64,000 nucleotides of DNA from Actinomycetes bacterium (GTDB lineage Bacteria > Actinomycetota > Coriobacteriia > Coriobacteriales > Eggerthellaceae), in the NCBI GenBank assembly GCA_023394615.1, contig JAEXAI010000022.1:24175-88174 (forward strand). The letters run 5' to 3'. Under the pieces are notes generated by a model that saw nothing but the letters and a program-made list of their open reading frames with translations, had not been told where the DNA came from and did no database searches. A program made the position numbers and the translations under genes. This document shows, one piece after another, positions 61,772 to 64,000 of this stretch (position 1 is the first letter of the stretch; every line of letters begins with the position of its first letter).

Positions 61772-64000
61772 ATGGCACAGCTAACCATGTCGCGTCGCAA
61801 CTTCATGAAGACGATGGCGGTTACTGGGACGGCTGCGGCAATCGGTTCTTCGGCGATAAGTCCCATGCAGGCTCTTGCCGAAACCGATACGCCCAAGGCG
61901 GGAGAAGTGACGCATGTTCGCACGTGCTGTCGAGCTTGTGGCAAAGTGGAATGCGGCGTCTGGGTGACCGTACAGGATGGCAAGGCCATCAAGGTCGAAG
62001 GCGACGAGTCCGCTCCGCAGAGTCGAGGACATTGCTGCGCGAAAAGCCAGTCATCCATGCAAGCGGCGTATCACCCCGATCGTCTGCGCTACCCTGTGAA
62101 GCGCACGAATCCGAAAGGGTCGGATGACCCCGGTTGGGTGCGCATCACGTTGCCCGAGGCTTTCGAGCTGACCGGTCAAGGAATGGGCGAGGTCGTCGAC
62201 AAATACGGCGGGCAGTCCATTTTCGTGATGTGCGGCACGTCGCGCGTATGGTCGCTTGGTCCCTATCAGGGCATGAAGCAGCTGTTCGGCACCCCGAACG
62301 CGCATCTGGCCTATCAGGTCTGCAAGGGTCCGCGCCACTGGGCCGGCATCATGACTGACGAGATGGGCTCTCCCTGGATGGAAGTCGAAGCAGAGCCGAA
62401 AGTGTATCTGCAGTGGGGCACCGCAGTCGAGTATTCCAACTATGACACCACCAACCGCACCATTTCCGACGTTGCGCCGCATGCGAAATACCATATCGAT
62501 GTGGATCCGCGCGTCACGCCGCTGGGTAAGGAAGCCGATATCTGGCTGCCGCTGCGTCCCGGTACTGACGGTGCGATGGCACTGGGTTGGTTCAACTGGA
62601 TTATTGAGAACGAGGCCTACGATGACACGATGGTGCGTCGTTGGTCGAATGCAACGTTTTTGTATTGTGATGAGAAGCCGTGGTATACCGAAGGTTGGCT
62701 GGTCGAGGGCAATGGCGGCGTGGATATGCGCTCCAAGCTCATTACCGAAGCTGACATCAAAGAAGGCGGCAAACACCAGCGCTTCATGGTGTGGGACGAG
62801 AACAACAACCGTCTGACTTATTGGGACGCTGAAGAGGGCAAGTGGGAAGGCGAGACCCATAAGGTTCCCACGACCGGATCATTTATCAAGCACCCGCTGA
62901 CCGGTTTGGTGGGCGACGCTTGGCTGCCCGACGAATCCGTCTGGTGCGACCCAGGCGATGCTACGTTTGACAAGTACTGGGATTCGGGCAACGAGAAGGG
63001 CGCTACCAGCAATCCAGCCGGTCTGCCCAAAAAGCCCGCGTTGTTCCCCGGTGAGGTTCCCGTTACGCTGAAAGATGGCAAATCGTACAAGTGCCGCACC
63101 GTGTGGGATGGTTTTCATGATCTAACCAGCGAATATGACTGGGACAAGGTTGAAGAGATCACCGGCGTTTCCGGCAAAAAGTGCGAAGAGGCCGTGAAAA
63201 TCTGGACCACGCGCATCGACGCGCGCCATGGCAATGGCGGCATCCATTTCCAGCTGGCAACCGACCAGAACGGCAATTCCATCCAGAACTGCCGCGTGCT
63301 GCAGATGCTCAGCTGCGTTACCGGCAACTCCGACGAACCCGCAGGCAACCGCGGGTCCAGCAAGAGCCAGTTCGACGGCAATCCCGGCCGTTCCAACATG
63401 CAGGCCGCAAGCGCCTATGGCGATTCTGCCAAAACGTGGACCGGGCGTGACTACAGCTTGGATGAATTGGCCAAGTACATGCAGGATTTCGTGCAGTACC
63501 TGATCGATGAAAAGTCTCCTTTGGCTGAACGCTACGGCAACAAAGTACCCTCAGACGACGAAGCCATCATTATCGCCAAACGCATGGGTGGCGCCATGAG
63601 GCAGTCTCAGTACTGGCCCAACCCCAAGACCATCTTCACCCGCAATGCAGGCGAGATCGATGCAGACCGCTTCCCGCTGGATCGCTACTGGGCACGTTGG
63701 GTGGACGCAAACGCCACGTGGGACGGCTGCTTGCAAGATCCTAACTGGTCGCTAGCCATGAAAAACGACAACAAGGAAGTCGGCTACAACGTCAAGGAAA
63801 CGCCCTATGCGCTCCATGGCGGCTTGTGTCAGTCGGGCGACCTGATGAACATGGCCAACATCGCACGCGCATGGGATGCCATGACGCAACTTGACTTCTT
63901 TGTGGACATTAATCTGTGGTTCTGCCCCAACAATGGCAATGCCGATGTGATTTTCCCGTGCCAGCACTGGATGGAGCTTGACTCCACCCGCGTGTCTCAA
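61772..64000 (+). CDS. Tat-exported molybdopterin (bis-MGD, DMSO-reductase superfamily) oxidoreductase catalytic subunit, 3' end outside the window
   Basis: The frame is open from the ATG at 61772 to the window end (743 codons) and is not in the ORF track because it has no stop. The twin-arginine signal is MSRRNFMKTMAVTGTAAAIG. The N-terminal Fe-S motif is CCRACGKVECGVWV...GHCCAKS, and DRLRYPVKR and LPLRPGTDGAM blocks are typical of the family. An AAAGGTGGGG Shine-Dalgarno sequence is present. Confidence 0.85.
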   Translation, partial: MAQLTMSRRNFMKTMAVTGTAAAIGSSAISPMQALAETDTPKAGEVTHVRTCCRACGKVECGVWVTVQDGKAIKVEGDESAPQSRGHCCAKSQSSMQAAYHPDRLRYPVKRTNPKGSDDPGWVRITLPEAFELTGQGMGEVVDKYGGQSIFVMCGTSRVWSLGPYQGMKQLFGTPNAHLAYQVCKGPRHWAGIMTDEMGSPWMEVEAEPKVYLQWGTAVEYSNYDTTNRTISDVAPHAKYHIDVDPRVTPLGKEADIWLPLRPGTDGAMALGWFNWIIENEAYDDTMVRRWSNATFLYCDEKPWYTEGWLVEGNGGVDMRSKLITEADIKEGGKHQRFMVWDENNNRLTYWDAEEGKWEGETHKVPTTGSFIKHPLTGLVGDAWLPDESVWCDPGDATFDKYWDSGNEKGATSNPAGLPKKPALFPGEVPVTLKDGKSYKCRTVWDGFHDLTSEYDWDKVEEITGVSGKKCEEAVKIWTTRIDARHGNGGIHFQLATDQNGNSIQNCRVLQMLSCVTGNSDEPAGNRGSSKSQFDGNPGRSNMQAASAYGDSAKTWTGRDYSLDELAKYMQDFVQYLIDEKSPLAERYGNKVPSDDEAIIIAKRMGGAMRQSQYWPNPKTIFTRNAGEIDADRFPLDRYWARWVDANATWDGCLQDPNWSLAMKNDNKEVGYNVKETPYALHGGLCQSGDLMNMANIARAWDAMTQLDFFVDINLWFCPNNGNADVIFPCQHWMELDSTRVSQ

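Noticed and set aside
61602-61784. 60-aa ORF in the luxR / molybdoenzyme intergenic region.
   Set aside because: It runs through the purine-rich leader and Shine-Dalgarno sequence of the oxidoreductase gene and overlaps its start. Its composition is Lys/Arg/Glu low-complexity, so it is likely the 5' UTR.

Overview
This is a 64-kb chromosomal segment from a moderately high-GC Gram-positive anaerobe. The gene content includes a Tad/Flp pilus, desulfoferrodoxin, ECF transporters, a fused SecDF, an LCP protein, and a polytopic-membrane LuxR regulator next to a Tat-exported molybdopterin oxidoreductase. This fits Actinomycetota, class Coriobacteriia (Eggerthellaceae-like), but that assignment is inference, not a search result. 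Layout: (1) 1-5.2 kb holds the distal end of a Tad pilus operon: Flp pilin, pseudopilins, a giant TadG-like protein, DUF192 and a Zn-ribbon repeat protein. (2) 5.2-22.4 kb is housekeeping (thrC, feoAB plus a DtxR-like repressor, ruvCAB, csp, queA-queH, HAD-tgt, secDF), interrupted by a pentameric-ligand-gated-channel-like membrane protein. (3) 22.9-26.4 kb holds ribU-ecfA1-ecfA2-ecfT behind an FMN riboswitch. (4) 26.9-33.6 kb holds an alanine/cation symporter and a TetR / MMPL / LxxG-heptad-repeat module. (5) 33.9-50.3 kb is housekeeping (rpsB-tsf, murA, LCP, nfu, lgt, dfx, two flavoproteins, tsaC, lipase-glpK, rpiB-glyA-upp, dCMP deaminase). (6) 50.3-64 kb looks accessory. It contains a degenerate SF1-helicase-like gene and a tightly packed six-gene operon that joins three family-less proteins to a TorD-chaperone/NapG/NapH-type redox module. 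It also contains a divergent cytoplasmic polyferredoxin, a membrane-sensor LuxR regulator and a Tat-signal molybdopterin oxidoreductase that runs off the window. Several short interspersed, tandem and inverted repeats mark intergenic regions, especially the boundary at 50.3 kb. No rRNA, tRNA, CRISPR array, integrase or transposase was recognised. All product names come from reading motifs in the supplied translations and sequence; no database search or alignment program was run.
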